This document shows positions 26,074 to 36,556 of a stretch of 52,139 nt of DNA, in pieces (position 1 is the first letter of the stretch; each line of letters begins with the position of its first letter). The notes below the pieces were generated by a model. That model made no database searches, was not told the DNA's origin, and saw only the letters and a program-made list of their open reading frames with translations. The position numbers and the translations under genes are program-made. The stretch comes from a virus (lineage: Duplodnaviria > Heunggongvirae > Uroviricota > Caudoviricetes), in IMG/VR virus record IMGVR_UViG_2541047752_000007, positions 1 through 52,139 of that record; one strand, given 5' to 3'.

Positions 26074-26217
26074 GTGAGCAATGAAGAACTAAAAATGGCT
26101 GATGAAATAAGAAAGGCACTTGACGCGGCAGAAAATAATGAAACCGTCTACATTTCCGAACGGGAAGTGGAAAAGATGATGGATGAATTTAAATTAAAAT
26201 TTGAAAAAGATAATTGA
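26074..26217 (+). CDS. small acidic hydrophilic protein (47 aa, GTG start)
   Basis: VSNEELKMADEIRKALDAAENNETVYISEREVEKMMDEFKLKFEKDN; GAGGGG RBS; ends at TerS start. Confidence 0.3.
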   Translation: MSNEELKMADEIRKALDAAENNETVYISEREVEKMMDEFKLKFEKDN

Positions 26218-26228
26218 GAGGTGAAATT

Positions 26229-26744
26229 ATGGCCCGCACGAAAAAGGCAAATGCTGACGATAAAAAGCCAGCCGCTAAAAAGGTGGGCCGTCCGCATGGT
26301 TATACCGAAGAAAAGGCGTTAGAAATCTGTGAACTGGTGGCGGACGGTCAGAGCGTTAACAAAATTTCGAAGATGCCTGGTATGCCTACCCGTTCAACAA
26401 TCCTGAAATGGTTTAGAGACGTGCCGGAATTCTCGGACATGTACATGCGCGCGAAGGAAATCGGCTTCGAGGTATTAGCTGATGAGATCCTCGATATAGC
26501 TGATGATGCTAAGAACGTTGATAAAGACCAACTACGCCGCCACCAACTGATGATTGAAACGCGCAAATGGTTACTGGCAAAACTGCAACCGCGCAAATAT
26601 GGCGAACGCGTCACACAGGAGATCGTCGGTAACAAGGAAGAAGCACCCGTCCAGGTAGAAGTAAATCAGACTACTGTCCTTGAGATAATCGATAACCTGA
26701 ATAAGGAGTACAATACTCATGGAGACTGCGACGACAAAGATTGA
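26229..26744 (+). CDS. terminase small subunit
   Basis: Start at MARTKK; GRPHGYTEEKALEICELVADGQSVNKISKM HTH and KDQLRRHQLMIETRKWLLAKLQPRKYG typical of TerS. Confidence 0.8.
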   Translation: MARTKKANADDKKPAAKKVGRPHGYTEEKALEICELVADGQSVNKISKMPGMPTRSTILKWFRDVPEFSDMYMRAKEIGFEVLADEILDIADDAKNVDKDQLRRHQLMIETRKWLLAKLQPRKYGERVTQEIVGNKEEAPVQVEVNQTTVLEIIDNLNKEYNTHGDCDDKD

Positions 26745-28233
26745 CAGAGAGGTTCTAAGGGGGTTGTGTGTTAAAGGTTGTGCTCCCAAAGACATATCAG
26801 CACCTTTGTTTTTTAGTTCCTACTTTTATAAGCAACAGGTTGGCAAGGACTTTTTGGTTGGGCGTCATCACAGAATAATTGCCGATACGCTACAACGAGT
26901 TATTAATGGTGAAATCACCAGGTTGATAATCAACATCCCACCGGGCTATGGCAAAACAATGATTGCCACAATTCACATGATGGCCCGCTGCCTCGCAATA
27001 GAACCCCGCACCAGATTCCTGCATGTATCGTATTCACACGGACTCGCCTTGCTTAATTCCTCAGAGACAAGAAACATAATCACGATGCCGCAATATCAGG
27101 AATTGTGGCCTATGCAAATGCGCAACGATTCGAACGCGAAAAACCTGTGGTGGACCACTCAGGGTGGCGGCGTGTATGCGACGTCATCGCTTGGACAGGT
27201 GACAGGGTTCCGCGCCGGGTACATGGAACCTGGGTTTAACGGCGCAATGATTATTGATGACCCCCTGAAACCAGCTGACGCTTATTCTGATGTGGTGCGA
27301 AAGCAGGTTAATACCAATTACAACGACACGCTTTCTTCGCGCCTGGCTGTGCAAACAACGCCAGTGATCGTCATCATGCAGCGTATCCACTACGATGATT
27401 TATCCGGCTACCTGTTACGTGGCGGTAGTGGTGAGAAATGGCATCACCTTTGCCTGCCAGTGAAGATCGACAACAGTCTTGACTATTGGGATCTGTACCC
27501 GGAAAACAAATTTGCTATTCCTGTTCCTCACAACCTGCCGGATGGCTGGCTATGGTTGCATAAGCATAGTGATAAAGATGAATCAACTCTTAAATCACAT
27601 CGCCGAACATTCGAAGCTCAATATATGCAGTGTCCGCGCAAGTTCGATCAAGAGGGCGCATTGTGGACTGAAGCGATGATAACCGCCGCGCACATGATGC
27701 AGATAACGCAGGAGAAAATTCGCACGGTGATAGCCATCGACCCGGCGACAACATCATCTGATGAGTCAGACGAAACAGGGATTGTAGCCTGTTCCGCTTA
27801 TGGTGGTGGCAAGAATGCTCAGTATTCAGTAGACGGTGACTACTCAGGCCGCATGTCACCTAATGACTGGGCGCAAGCAGCAATGAACGCCTACAACATC
27901 CATGAAGCTGACGCGATGGTTATCGAAACCAACCAGGGTGGTGATATGGCAGAGGCCACACTACGCAATGCAGGATTTAAGGGCCGCATTGTTAAGGTGC
28001 ACGCAAGCAAGGGTAAATTTGCCCGCGCCGAACCAATATCTGCATTGTATGCACAGGGTAGGGTAGCCCACACTGGCAGCCTGTACACGCTGGAAAATCA
28101 AATGATGGAATATGTGCCAGCTACCGCTAAAAAATCCCCTGACCGTATGGATGCGATGGTATGGGGGATCACTGAATTAAGCCAACCACAGGCGATGGGT
28201 CTTATGTTACCTAAACGCCTGCGCGGATTTTAA
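26719..28233 (+). CDS. terminase large subunit
   Basis: 504 aa; ATPase Walker A-like PPGYGKTM; C-terminal nuclease-like region; overlaps TerS end. Confidence 0.9.
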   Translation: METATTKIDREVLRGLCVKGCAPKDISAPLFFSSYFYKQQVGKDFLVGRHHRIIADTLQRVINGEITRLIINIPPGYGKTMIATIHMMARCLAIEPRTRFLHVSYSHGLALLNSSETRNIITMPQYQELWPMQMRNDSNAKNLWWTTQGGGVYATSSLGQVTGFRAGYMEPGFNGAMIIDDPLKPADAYSDVVRKQVNTNYNDTLSSRLAVQTTPVIVIMQRIHYDDLSGYLLRGGSGEKWHHLCLPVKIDNSLDYWDLYPENKFAIPVPHNLPDGWLWLHKHSDKDESTLKSHRRTFEAQYMQCPRKFDQEGALWTEAMITAAHMMQITQEKIRTVIAIDPATTSSDESDETGIVACSAYGGGKNAQYSVDGDYSGRMSPNDWAQAAMNAYNIHEADAMVIETNQGGDMAEATLRNAGFKGRIVKVHASKGKFARAEPISALYAQGRVAHTGSLYTLENQMMEYVPATAKKSPDRMDAMVWGITELSQPQAMGLMLPKRLRGF

Positions 28234-28335
28234 GTTATTGATTATTATCAACTTCGAAAAATTTTCGAAGATGAACAAGAATAATTCTCAATTGGCTACA
28301 TAAAATCTGTCTCACAATCCCCCACAAGTTTTTCT

Positions 28336-28359
28336 ATTTTTCGCGTAGCAACGCGTAAA
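28336..28359 (+). promoter_or_regulatory. conserved 24-bp motif upstream of portal gene (copy 1)
   Basis: atttttcgcgtagcaacgcgtaaa; 22/24 identical to 40773-40796. Confidence 0.5.
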
Positions 28360-28381
28360 CATGTATTCAGGAGTAAACATT

Positions 28382-29761
28382 ATGCCATCCAATTTAGAAT
28401 TGGCGGTTAATGCTGCCTTGTCACAACGCCAGGCGGCCTTTGCCCGCTATGCAGCCGCTAACCCATTCTCAATGGGTATTGATGCAAAACGTGATGCTGC
28501 GTGGAGTGAATACGGATTCAAAGAAGAAATCACCTATGCCGATTTATACAAACTGTATCGTCGCGGTGGTATCGCTCACGGTGCTATTGAGAAGATCATT
28601 ACTACGTGCTGGCGCACCAGGCCAACGCTGATTGAAGGTACGGAAGACGAGAAAGCGGAAAAGGAAACTTCGTGGGAAAGAGAAATCAAAAAACGATTCG
28701 ACAATAGATTCTGGCGCGTAATTGCTGAATGCGATCGCCGCCGCCTCATCGGTCGTTATGCTGGACTGTTAATTCACGTCAGGGATAACAAGCCGTGGGA
28801 TCAGCCAGTAACAAAAGGCGTAGGCATTGCCAAATTTACCCCCGTATGGGCTGGTGCTCTTACACCGAAGGACTTCGAAGAAAACCCGGATAAAGAAAAC
28901 TATGGCCTGCCTACATGGTGGGAATACAAGGAGCGCATTAACAGTAAGACCATAGCAAGAAAGATACATCCAGATCGTATATTTATCTTCGGTGATTATT
29001 CTGATGATGCCATCGCTTTCCTTGAACCGTCCTATAACGCATTCGTTTCACTGGAGAAAGTGGAAGGCGGCAGCGGTGAATCATTCCTGAAAAACGCCGC
29101 ACGTCAACTGGCTATCTCATTCGACAAAGAGATTGATTTCCGTTCCCTGGCTGCGACATACGGTTGCGACGTTACAGAGCTGCGCGAAAAATTCAATGAA
29201 GCGGCAGAGGATATAAACAAAGGGAATGATGTGATGATGGCATTACAGGGAGCCACCGTTAGCCCGCTGGTCACTGCCGTAGCAGATCCGTCCGCAACCT
29301 ATGACGTCAACCTGCAAACCGCCGCCGCTGGTATCGACATTCCAACGCGTATCCTGGTTGGGAATCAGCAGGGCGAACGCGCATCAACTGAAGACCTCCG
29401 CTACTTCAATAATCGCTGTATGACCCGCCGTGAGGAAATAGGAGGCGAGCTTGAGGAACTATTCCGCAAGATGGCAGATCTCCGCCTTATCAGTATGCCA
29501 GTCGATGTATCAGTGTTATGGGATGACCTTAACGCCATGACAAAAGCCGAACTACTGGAAGCGGCACACAAGATGGCGCAAATCAATCAGGCATGTCTCG
29601 CTACTGGTGAGGAAATATTTAGCGGCGATGAGATCCGCGAAGCTGCCGGATATGAAGGGCCAACGCAGGAAGTAGAAGTGGAAGACGAGGACGATAAAGA
29701 TGAAGATGAAAGTAAAGAGAATAATCAAAAAGATTCCGCCGTCCGCGATAATGCCATCTAA
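28382..29761 (+). CDS. portal protein
   Basis: about 459 aa from ATG 28382 (AGGAG RBS); size, acidic C-terminus and position after TerL. Confidence 0.8.
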   Translation: MPSNLELAVNAALSQRQAAFARYAAANPFSMGIDAKRDAAWSEYGFKEEITYADLYKLYRRGGIAHGAIEKIITTCWRTRPTLIEGTEDEKAEKETSWEREIKKRFDNRFWRVIAECDRRRLIGRYAGLLIHVRDNKPWDQPVTKGVGIAKFTPVWAGALTPKDFEENPDKENYGLPTWWEYKERINSKTIARKIHPDRIFIFGDYSDDAIAFLEPSYNAFVSLEKVEGGSGESFLKNAARQLAISFDKEIDFRSLAATYGCDVTELREKFNEAAEDINKGNDVMMALQGATVSPLVTAVADPSATYDVNLQTAAAGIDIPTRILVGNQQGERASTEDLRYFNNRCMTRREEIGGELEELFRKMADLRLISMPVDVSVLWDDLNAMTKAELLEAAHKMAQINQACLATGEEIFSGDEIREAAGYEGPTQEVEVEDEDDKDEDESKENNQKDSAVRDNAI

Positions 29762-30647
29762 CACCGAAGACCCGACCATGACAGGTAAGTTGCGGTCTGG
29801 AGCTATTAAGCGTTTTAAATCCTGCCTGAAGAAAATAGCCGATCCATATATCGCCATACTGGACAAAATACAATATAGCCTGGCTGTTAATAAGAAATAT
29901 ACCTTCCAGATTTACATGGATGAATTGCACGACATGCTGGAGGACGCCAGCGACATGATTGATGAGATATTCGAGCTAACCGACCCGGAAAGTTTTTGGT
30001 TCTGGCAGGAATACGTGAAGGTCGCGTATCAGCGAGGCACGGCACAGGAATACGCCAACCTTACTAACCAGTCTGTCACGTACTCAAGCGTTTATCCCGA
30101 TGTATCTGCCGTACTATCAAGCACAACCTACCGCACGCGCCTTGCCCTGGTCCGTACCCGTGTATTTGAGGAAATGCGCGGGCTGACAGCACAGATCAAA
30201 AAGGATATGGCCCGCCGACTAACTGAAGGCATGGCCCGTGGTTTAAACCCACTGGAAATAGCGCGCACATTGAATCAGGAGACGCAATTACCGCTATACA
30301 GATGCAAACGTATTGCTCGAACTGAAATATGCACAGCGTTACGCACAGCGCGTATGGATGAGGCAGAAGCGGCGACAGAAGAATTTAATCTGCGCACTAT
30401 GCAAATGCACATTTCGGCATTGTCACCGACTACCAGGCTATCGCACGCGCAGCGGCACGGGAAAACATACACCATAGATGAGCAGCGCGAATGGTGGAGT
30501 AGATCCCCTAATTCAATTAACTGCAAATGTAGCACGATTACCGTATTAGTTGACGAAGACGGTAACATATTAAACGAAAGAATATTAGATCGGGCGCAAG
30601 AAAACTATAAAGTTGCGCACGCTAAATATGGCGAAGATTGGGAGTAA
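29700..30647 (+). CDS. minor head / head morphogenesis protein (Mu F / SPP1 gp7-like)
   Basis: 315 aa; position after portal; family call from remembered pattern. Confidence 0.65.
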   Translation: MKMKVKRIIKKIPPSAIMPSNTEDPTMTGKLRSGAIKRFKSCLKKIADPYIAILDKIQYSLAVNKKYTFQIYMDELHDMLEDASDMIDEIFELTDPESFWFWQEYVKVAYQRGTAQEYANLTNQSVTYSSVYPDVSAVLSSTTYRTRLALVRTRVFEEMRGLTAQIKKDMARRLTEGMARGLNPLEIARTLNQETQLPLYRCKRIARTEICTALRTARMDEAEAATEEFNLRTMQMHISALSPTTRLSHAQRHGKTYTIDEQREWWSRSPNSINCKCSTITVLVDEDGNILNERILDRAQENYKVAHAKYGEDWE

Positions 30648-30652
30648 AAACC

Positions 30653-31942
30653 GTGAGTAAAGAATTAATTCAGGTTAATACCAAATTAACCGCTAATACC
30701 ATACGCCGGGAAACTTATAACGGACGCGAGCACATTGTTGTGCCATCATATACGCTGCCATTCAATATCGTTATGAATCGTGAGTATTACCCAGAAGCTG
30801 AAATTATCGCTAATTACCAGTTACTGGAGGGGACGCTTGCACCGTTAGGCCATCCTACCGTTGACGGTAAATTTGTTTCCGCATTTAGCCCGGAAGGATT
30901 GAACACGGGTTTTTGTGGAGCGTGGAACAGAAACGTTGAGTTACGCGGCAACCGTGTTTATGTGGAAAAATGGGTGGACGTGGAAACCGCCAGCCATTCA
31001 GAGCAGGGCCGGGAATTGTTAAGCCGACTGGAAGCGCTGGAGAAGGGAGAGAGCAAAGATCCTATCTGGTCGTCCGTCGCTGTATATCGCCAGCGTATGC
31101 CAGCCACCGAAGATATGAAAGCCCAGGGCGCTGACCATGTAGTGAAAATCATGTCGATCGACCATGACGCTATTTTGCTGCATGAGCCTCCAGCCGCTTC
31201 ACCGGAACAAGGTGTAGGCCTGATGGTTAATACTGACCAGGCAAAACCGTTAATGTCGGTGGCGATGAAAGAAAACAGCTACAGAACACTTGAGAAACAA
31301 TTAACAGACGCGGCGCGGGATTTATTCCCTGATGCTGATTATGTGTATGTGGTGGACTTCACTGATAAAGAGGTGACGATCGCCACTAATGCGGAAAGTG
31401 CTCAAGTTTGCGCATATGAAAAACAGGCTGATAAAATTATTCTCAATAATGGCGAGCTTGCAACCAACGAGGAAAGTAAATCATGGTTTGCTCAGTTCGC
31501 TGAACACCTTTCTAATCTTTTCTCCCTGAATGAAAAAATTAAGGCCAATAAATCGGAGGACGATCCCATGCCTTTGACAAAAGAAGAACGCGCCGAACTG
31601 GTAAAAGAAATTAACGAAGGCTTAGCCGCCAATATCGCTAATGCAGTAGCAGAGGCATTAAAACCAGTACAGGCAAGCGTAGAAGAATTACAGACCAACC
31701 AAGAAGAATTACAGACCAACCAGAAAGCAATTAAAGAAGAAATTGCAGCAAACGCAAATAAAGAAGTAGCAGAAAAACGCGCCGCAGTAGCAAAAGTTCA
31801 CGGCGAAATTGTTGCTAACGCATTAAGCGGTGAAGCATTAGAGGCAATGTTTAAATCCCTGGGTAAAGCAACTCCGCTAGCCGCCAACACAGCAAGTGAA
31901 GACAAAAAAGGTGAAGTCCCTGACTTTAACACTTATTTCTAA
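30653..31942 (+). CDS. putative scaffolding protein
   Basis: GTG start 30653 after GGAGT RBS; coiled-coil Glu/Ala/Lys-rich C-terminal half; precedes capsid genes. Confidence 0.5.
   Translation: MSKELIQVNTKLTANTIRRETYNGREHIVVPSYTLPFNIVMNREYYPEAEIIANYQLLEGTLAPLGHPTVDGKFVSAFSPEGLNTGFCGAWNRNVELRGNRVYVEKWVDVETASHSEQGRELLSRLEALEKGESKDPIWSSVAVYRQRMPATEDMKAQGADHVVKIMSIDHDAILLHEPPAASPEQGVGLMVNTDQAKPLMSVAMKENSYRTLEKQLTDAARDLFPDADYVYVVDFTDKEVTIATNAESAQVCAYEKQADKIILNNGELATNEESKSWFAQFAEHLSNLFSLNEKIKANKSEDDPMPLTKEERAELVKEINEGLAANIANAVAEALKPVQASVEELQTNQEELQTNQKAIKEEIAANANKEVAEKRAAVAKVHGEIVANALSGEALEAMFKSLGKATPLAANTASEDKKGEVPDFNTYF
31682..31723 (+). repeat. 21-bp perfect tandem repeat x2 inside scaffold gene
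   Basis: gaagaattacagaccaacca(a/g) twice, encoding EELQTNQ EELQTNQ. Confidence 0.85.
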
Positions 31943-31956
31943 CTGGAGGGAATACA

Positions 31957-32385
31957 ATGTCTCGTTTTCGTCGTGTAAATATTGATGGTAAATCCATTAC
32001 CGAAACCTACACTGCTAAGGTCGCAGTAAAACCAGGTGAACTGGTAAAACTGGACGGAGGTAAGTTTGCAAAAGCAACCAGTGCTGATGTCGGTGCAGCT
32101 CAGTTGTACATCGTCAACCCGGCATTCCACGAAGGCAAAACCATTACTGATGCAATCGCTGCAAATGAAACTGTTGTTGCTGATTATGTGGAACAGGGCC
32201 GAGAGTTTGCTCTCCTTGTTCCTGCAGCCGCTTATGTTAAGGGTGCAGCTATTGCTCTCGCAGCTGACGGGGTGAAACTGTTTGTTGCGCCAAGTGAACA
32301 GGCAGCGCCAGATCCGATCATCGCATACTGCCAGGAAGACGTAACCCTGGAAGCGGAAGATTTTATCCGCGTTCGCGTGGCTTAA
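31957..32385 (+). CDS. putative head decoration / structural head protein
   Basis: 142 aa, Ala/Val-rich; between scaffold and major capsid; GGAGGG RBS. Confidence 0.45.
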   Translation: MSRFRRVNIDGKSITETYTAKVAVKPGELVKLDGGKFAKATSADVGAAQLYIVNPAFHEGKTITDAIAANETVVADYVEQGREFALLVPAAAYVKGAAIALAADGVKLFVAPSEQAAPDPIIAYCQEDVTLEAEDFIRVRVA

Positions 32386-32402
32386 TTTAAAAGGGGAATA
32401 AC

Positions 32403-33467
32403 ATGTACTTTACTAAAGAAAACCTTGTCGCCAACTCCCGGATGCAGAGCCATTGGAAAGAACTGTGGGCGCAACGCAATATCTTCAACGAGCAGCACAA
32501 CGCCATGATTGCAGCAAATCAGGCAAATATGACCGCTGAAATGTTGACCTGTAACGCCGTCGGCGGCTTCGCAAAAGAATTCTGGAAAGAAATCGATAAC
32601 CAAATCATTGAACTGAACACCGAAGAGGTCGGTATCGAGATCGTAAACGACCTGATGGGTGTACAGACCGTATTACCAATCGGTAAAACGCTGAAAATGT
32701 ACAACGTATCCGGCGACATTAACGATGAGGTCGTAATGTCTATGGATGGTCAAGCGCCACACAGCTTTGATCACACCGAATACGGCAGCGATGGCGACCC
32801 GATCCCGATGTTCGCAGCGGGTTACGGTGTTAACTGGCGTTTAGCTCAGGGCTTAAATACTGTAGGTATCGACCTTGCATTAGACAGCCAGCGCCTTAAA
32901 CTGAAAAAATTCAACAAAGCACGCGTCCAGTTCTACCTGAATGGTAACGATCGCATCGTGGTTGATGATCATAAAGCAATGGGTATTAAAAACCACAAAA
33001 ACACCCAGCAACTTAAACTGAAAACTGTTGCTAAAATCGACCTTACCACTGCGGCTTTCGATAAGATTATTGAATTCTTTACCACTGGTGAGTTCGGGAA
33101 ACTGGCCCGCGCCAACTTCGTAGCTAAATACGATGTAATGTGGGTATCGCCAGAAATCATGGCTAACCTGGCACGCCCACACATCGTTAATGGCGCAATT
33201 GTTGGTAGTGTGCTGGATGTTATCAAGCCGTTTGTCCCGGTTGGTGATATTCGCCAGACCTATGCGCTGACTGGCAACGAATTTATCGCTTATCAGCGTA
33301 GCCGCAGCGTCATCACCCCGCTGATTGGCATGACCACTGGCGTAGTTCCGTTACCGCGCATGATGCCGACTGATAACTACAACTTCCGCATCATGTCCGC
33401 TGAGGGTCTGCAAATCACCCGTGACATGGAAGGTCGTTCAGGAGTGGTCTACGGCAGCAATACCTGA
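32403..33467 (+). CDS. major capsid protein
   Basis: 354 aa; position; followed by strong terminator. Confidence 0.7.
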   Translation: MYFTKENLVANSRMQSHWKELWAQRNIFNEQHNAMIAANQANMTAEMLTCNAVGGFAKEFWKEIDNQIIELNTEEVGIEIVNDLMGVQTVLPIGKTLKMYNVSGDINDEVVMSMDGQAPHSFDHTEYGSDGDPIPMFAAGYGVNWRLAQGLNTVGIDLALDSQRLKLKKFNKARVQFYLNGNDRIVVDDHKAMGIKNHKNTQQLKLKTVAKIDLTTAAFDKIIEFFTTGEFGKLARANFVAKYDVMWVSPEIMANLARPHIVNGAIVGSVLDVIKPFVPVGDIRQTYALTGNEFIAYQRSRSVITPLIGMTTGVVPLPRMMPTDNYNFRIMSAEGLQITRDMEGRSGVVYGSNT

Positions 33468-33485
33468 TTGATATGTTTCTGTAGC

Positions 33486-33513
33486 TCCCCGGCGCAATGC
33501 CGGGGATTTTTTT
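33486..33513 (+). terminator. rho-independent terminator after major capsid gene
   Basis: ccccggc-gcaat-gccgggg stem-loop followed by a T-run. Confidence 0.75.
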
Positions 33514-33532
33514 TGTATGTGGAGAAAACAAA

Positions 33533-33919
33533 ATGGTTACCACACAACAGGCGCGGGAATATCTCGAAAGCCAGGGGATTGAAATACCAGACGTGGTTTT
33601 ATCTTTGCTGGTGGAGCAGGCAAATAGCGTTAATGAATGCCTTGATGCCAATTATCCGTCCTCCACTGCAACATTGATTCAGCTTTATCTCATTGGCCTG
33701 TTAGGACTCAGCCAGGCTGATAAATACGTTTCCTCGCAGACTGGTCCGAACGGTGCAAGCCAGTCTTACCGCTATGTCGATTTTAATAAGCGATGGAAGG
33801 CGGCCTATTCGTTGCTTTACTCACTGGACAAACACCATTGTACAGCCGAACTAATTCCACCAGATCCAGAAAACACCGCGCACGCCGGGCTGTGGATTGG
33901 TAAGAGCAGGAGGATGTGA
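33533..33919 (+). CDS. putative head-tail connector / packaging protein
   Basis: 128 aa from MVTTQQARE; GGAGA RBS; position. Confidence 0.4.
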   Translation: MVTTQQAREYLESQGIEIPDVVLSLLVEQANSVNECLDANYPSSTATLIQLYLIGLLGLSQADKYVSSQTGPNGASQSYRYVDFNKRWKAAYSLLYSLDKHHCTAELIPPDPENTAHAGLWIGKSRRM

Positions 33920-33921
33920 CA

Positions 33922-34107
33922 ATGTGGAACGACCTGACATTACCAAATCCAGTATTGCCGAAACCATTTACCCGCGTGTGGGTTAAAACGGATAGCGGAC
34001 GCCAGGTGGCGGCCTACCTCAATGATGCTGGCTTATGGGTAATTCTTTGCCCGCGCGTGGCGAAAACTCATCCAAAGGTCATTAGCTGGAGTTACGGCTA
34101 TGAGTAA
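33922..34107 (+). CDS. hypothetical head-tail joining protein
   Basis: 61 aa; AGGAGGA RBS. Confidence 0.35.
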   Translation: MWNDLTLPNPVLPKPFTRVWVKTDSGRQVAAYLNDAGLWVILCPRVAKTHPKVISWSYGYE

Positions 34108-34468
34108 GATTGCGCGATTCAGTTACAAGGCATTAGCCACCATCTACCCCGTAACGCATGACGACTGGACAAACGCCGACGTATACGGCGCACCATACCT
34201 GATTAACTGCGCATGGGAGCGCACCGACGGCACTGCAACAGACACAAACGGTAATGAGGTTAGCAATACAATAACCGTATTTACCGAACTGCTTCATAAT
34301 ATGCAGCCAGTGCAGCGCCCGAAAAACGGCTGGATGATTGCCACTGGCGACACCACTAATATTTCCGACCCGCTGGTGGCTGGGGCCAACGTTATTACCG
34401 GGATCGTTGAATGGGATATGAGCATGTTTAACGACACGCCGGATTATAAGATCGTGACAGGGGGTTAA
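34100..34468 (+). CDS. putative head-tail adaptor
   Basis: 122 aa; position. Confidence 0.4.
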   Translation: MSKIARFSYKALATIYPVTHDDWTNADVYGAPYLINCAWERTDGTATDTNGNEVSNTITVFTELLHNMQPVQRPKNGWMIATGDTTNISDPLVAGANVITGIVEWDMSMFNDTPDYKIVTGG

Positions 34469-34470
34469 TC

Positions 34471-34935
34471 ATGCCTATCAAGGGGGTTAAACGCGTCCGT
34501 GAGAGATTAAAGCAGGAACTAAAGGAAATCACCGATAAAAAGACGCACGAAGTTTTATGGCGCGTCGGTATGCTGGCTGGTGGCTTCGCGGCTAATATGA
34601 CGCCAGTCGATACGGGCTTCTTAATTAACAGTCAGTTCCAGTACATAGGGAACACGGCGGACGGTATGCAATTACGCCTGGGATATACGGCCCGCTACGC
34701 TGAATGGGTGCACAATATGCCGGGTACATTAAAAGGCCAGCCGCGCGAAGATTTCGGCAAAACGAATAACCTTTCAGATTTCGGACCGAAACAGGTAATT
34801 AGTTTTGGTGGTGGTACTGGAAAGGGTAATTATTGGGATCCAAATGCGGAGCCTGGATTCTTGCGTAAGGCATTCGAAGATCCTAACCACGCCGATGATA
34901 TTTATAAAGAAATTGTAGAAGGTTACAAAGTATGA
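34471..34935 (+). CDS. HK97 gp10-like head-tail joining protein
   Basis: 154 aa; position and general resemblance. Confidence 0.45.
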   Translation: MPIKGVKRVRERLKQELKEITDKKTHEVLWRVGMLAGGFAANMTPVDTGFLINSQFQYIGNTADGMQLRLGYTARYAEWVHNMPGTLKGQPREDFGKTNNLSDFGPKQVISFGGGTGKGNYWDPNAEPGFLRKAFEDPNHADDIYKEIVEGYKV

Positions 34936-35318
34936 AACGCAGCGAAGTTTACGACGAAATAAGGGATTGGATTCAATCCCACGGATACGATGAAGGCTAT
35001 ATTTTGCAGGCCCGTTTCTGGAATGAGCGAAGTAATTCGAATAATGACAGATACATCGTGATCCAGCAAAACGGCGGCGCGGCTGGTGAGGAAGCAATAA
35101 CCCGTGATTATTTCCGCATCCTGGTTATTTCAGCGCGTAATGATGCAAATATCAGTGAGGTGGAAGACCTTGCCGATGCCATCCGTCAAAGTATGTTAAC
35201 AGAATATAAAACTGATAAAATTACACACATGAAGCCAGTTGGCGCTATTCCTGCAATACAGACAAGAGAAGGGCGCTTTATTTTTACCGTAGCCTTTCAA
35301 ACCATCATATCAAGATAA
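34932..35318 (+). CDS. putative tail completion protein
   Basis: 128 aa; immediately upstream of major tail protein. Confidence 0.4.
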   Translation: MKRSEVYDEIRDWIQSHGYDEGYILQARFWNERSNSNNDRYIVIQQNGGAAGEEAITRDYFRILVISARNDANISEVEDLADAIRQSMLTEYKTDKITHMKPVGAIPAIQTREGRFIFTVAFQTIISR

Positions 35319-35331
35319 GAGGTAAATTAAC

Positions 35332-35808
35332 ATGTCTCAGACTTGCGAAAAAGGCACGTTTTCAGGCCGTGACGTTGCTGTATTCTTCGCTATCGCTTGT
35401 CCAAATGCGAAGCCGGAAACTGGAGCGTACAAAGCGTTAGGCATGATGCGTGGTAAAACACTTTCCGTTGAATGGGAAACCGCTGACGCCACCGCCGATA
35501 AATCAGCCGATTACACGAAAGAATCAATGGTTACTTACAAATCCGTTTCTTTCTCCGGCGACGGTGTGTCCCGCACTGAAGAAATCCATAATCAGAAAGC
35601 GCTGAAACGCCACGTAATTACGCCAGGTGAAACCACCGGATCACAACCTTATGTATGGCTGAAGATCGTTTCTCCTGTAGACGTAACTGAAGGCCCATTC
35701 CTTTGCACTTCCTTTAAAGAAGAAGATCCGTATGATGATGTTTCCACCTGGTCTATTGAGTGCGAAAGCGCTGGCAAGGTAACGGTAGGCGACGTTCCGC
35801 CAGCATAA
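35332..35808 (+). CDS. major tail (tube) protein
   Basis: 158 aa; position before chaperone and tape measure; terminator follows. Confidence 0.55.
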   Translation: MSQTCEKGTFSGRDVAVFFAIACPNAKPETGAYKALGMMRGKTLSVEWETADATADKSADYTKESMVTYKSVSFSGDGVSRTEEIHNQKALKRHVITPGETTGSQPYVWLKIVSPVDVTEGPFLCTSFKEEDPYDDVSTWSIECESAGKVTVGDVPPA

Positions 35809-35826
35809 CAGCCAATATTAACAATC

Positions 35827-35851
35827 GGGGCCATTTGGCCCCTTTTCTTTT
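35827..35851 (+). terminator. rho-independent terminator after major tail gene
   Basis: ggggcc-attt-ggcccc followed by ttttctttt. Confidence 0.65.
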
Positions 35852-35863
35852 AAGGTGAATACT

Positions 35864-36541
35864 ATGATCCATGTTCGTACAGGGCAATTTGCGGCTGTGG
35901 TGAACGGTAAGCGCTATGAGTTTAATCCTTGCTTTGCTGCGATGGCTAAAATCGGCAACGATAGTGAGCTTGTCGAATATTTCGCACTTATCCACGGCAG
36001 CAAATACCCTTCACGATTACCTACAGATCCAGACCTCCGCAATCGCATTATGGCACGGTGTTATGGTGAGATAGTGCAAACGTCAATGCGCATCCTGAAA
36101 TGTTGCTCAGACGACGAAACAGGCCCGTTATTGGGCAAATGTAGGTTTACTCCTTCTGGTAAATTGAGACTAAAACCCGGACTGATGCCTACAAGTGATG
36201 TTATCACGCTGGCGCAACATTGCATGTACCACGGTTTAATTGGTGACGGGCCGGAAGAAGACACGGGCGCGATCCAGGAAGGCGAGTACAAGCCGACATT
36301 TGACGTACTTGAGTTTGTTTATTCTGCCGTTGCTCACCTGGGATTGTCAGAATCAGAAGCATGGAATATGACAATGACCGGATACAGGGCCGCAGTGCGC
36401 GCTAAAACGCCGCCAGACGAAAGAAATGAAAGAAGTAGACCAAATGTTCACATAAATAAACGTGCTTATGACGAGCAAATGGAGGCCGCTAAAAAGGCAC
36501 TGGAAAGAATGAAAAATAGCAAGCAAGAAAAAGCCCGGTAG
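35864..36541 (+). CDS. putative tail assembly chaperone
   Basis: 225 aa from ATG 35864; between major tail and tape measure; no slippery heptamer found. Confidence 0.4.
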   Translation: MIHVRTGQFAAVVNGKRYEFNPCFAAMAKIGNDSELVEYFALIHGSKYPSRLPTDPDLRNRIMARCYGEIVQTSMRILKCCSDDETGPLLGKCRFTPSGKLRLKPGLMPTSDVITLAQHCMYHGLIGDGPEEDTGAIQEGEYKPTFDVLEFVYSAVAHLGLSESEAWNMTMTGYRAAVRAKTPPDERNERSRPNVHINKRAYDEQMEAAKKALERMKNSKQEKAR

Positions 36542-36556
36542 ATCCGGGCGTTCATC

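Noticed and set aside
35864-36541. Programmed -1 frameshift in the tail assembly chaperone gene
   Set aside because: No canonical slippery heptamer found by eye and the ORF is already one continuous 225-aa frame; cannot support a frameshift call.
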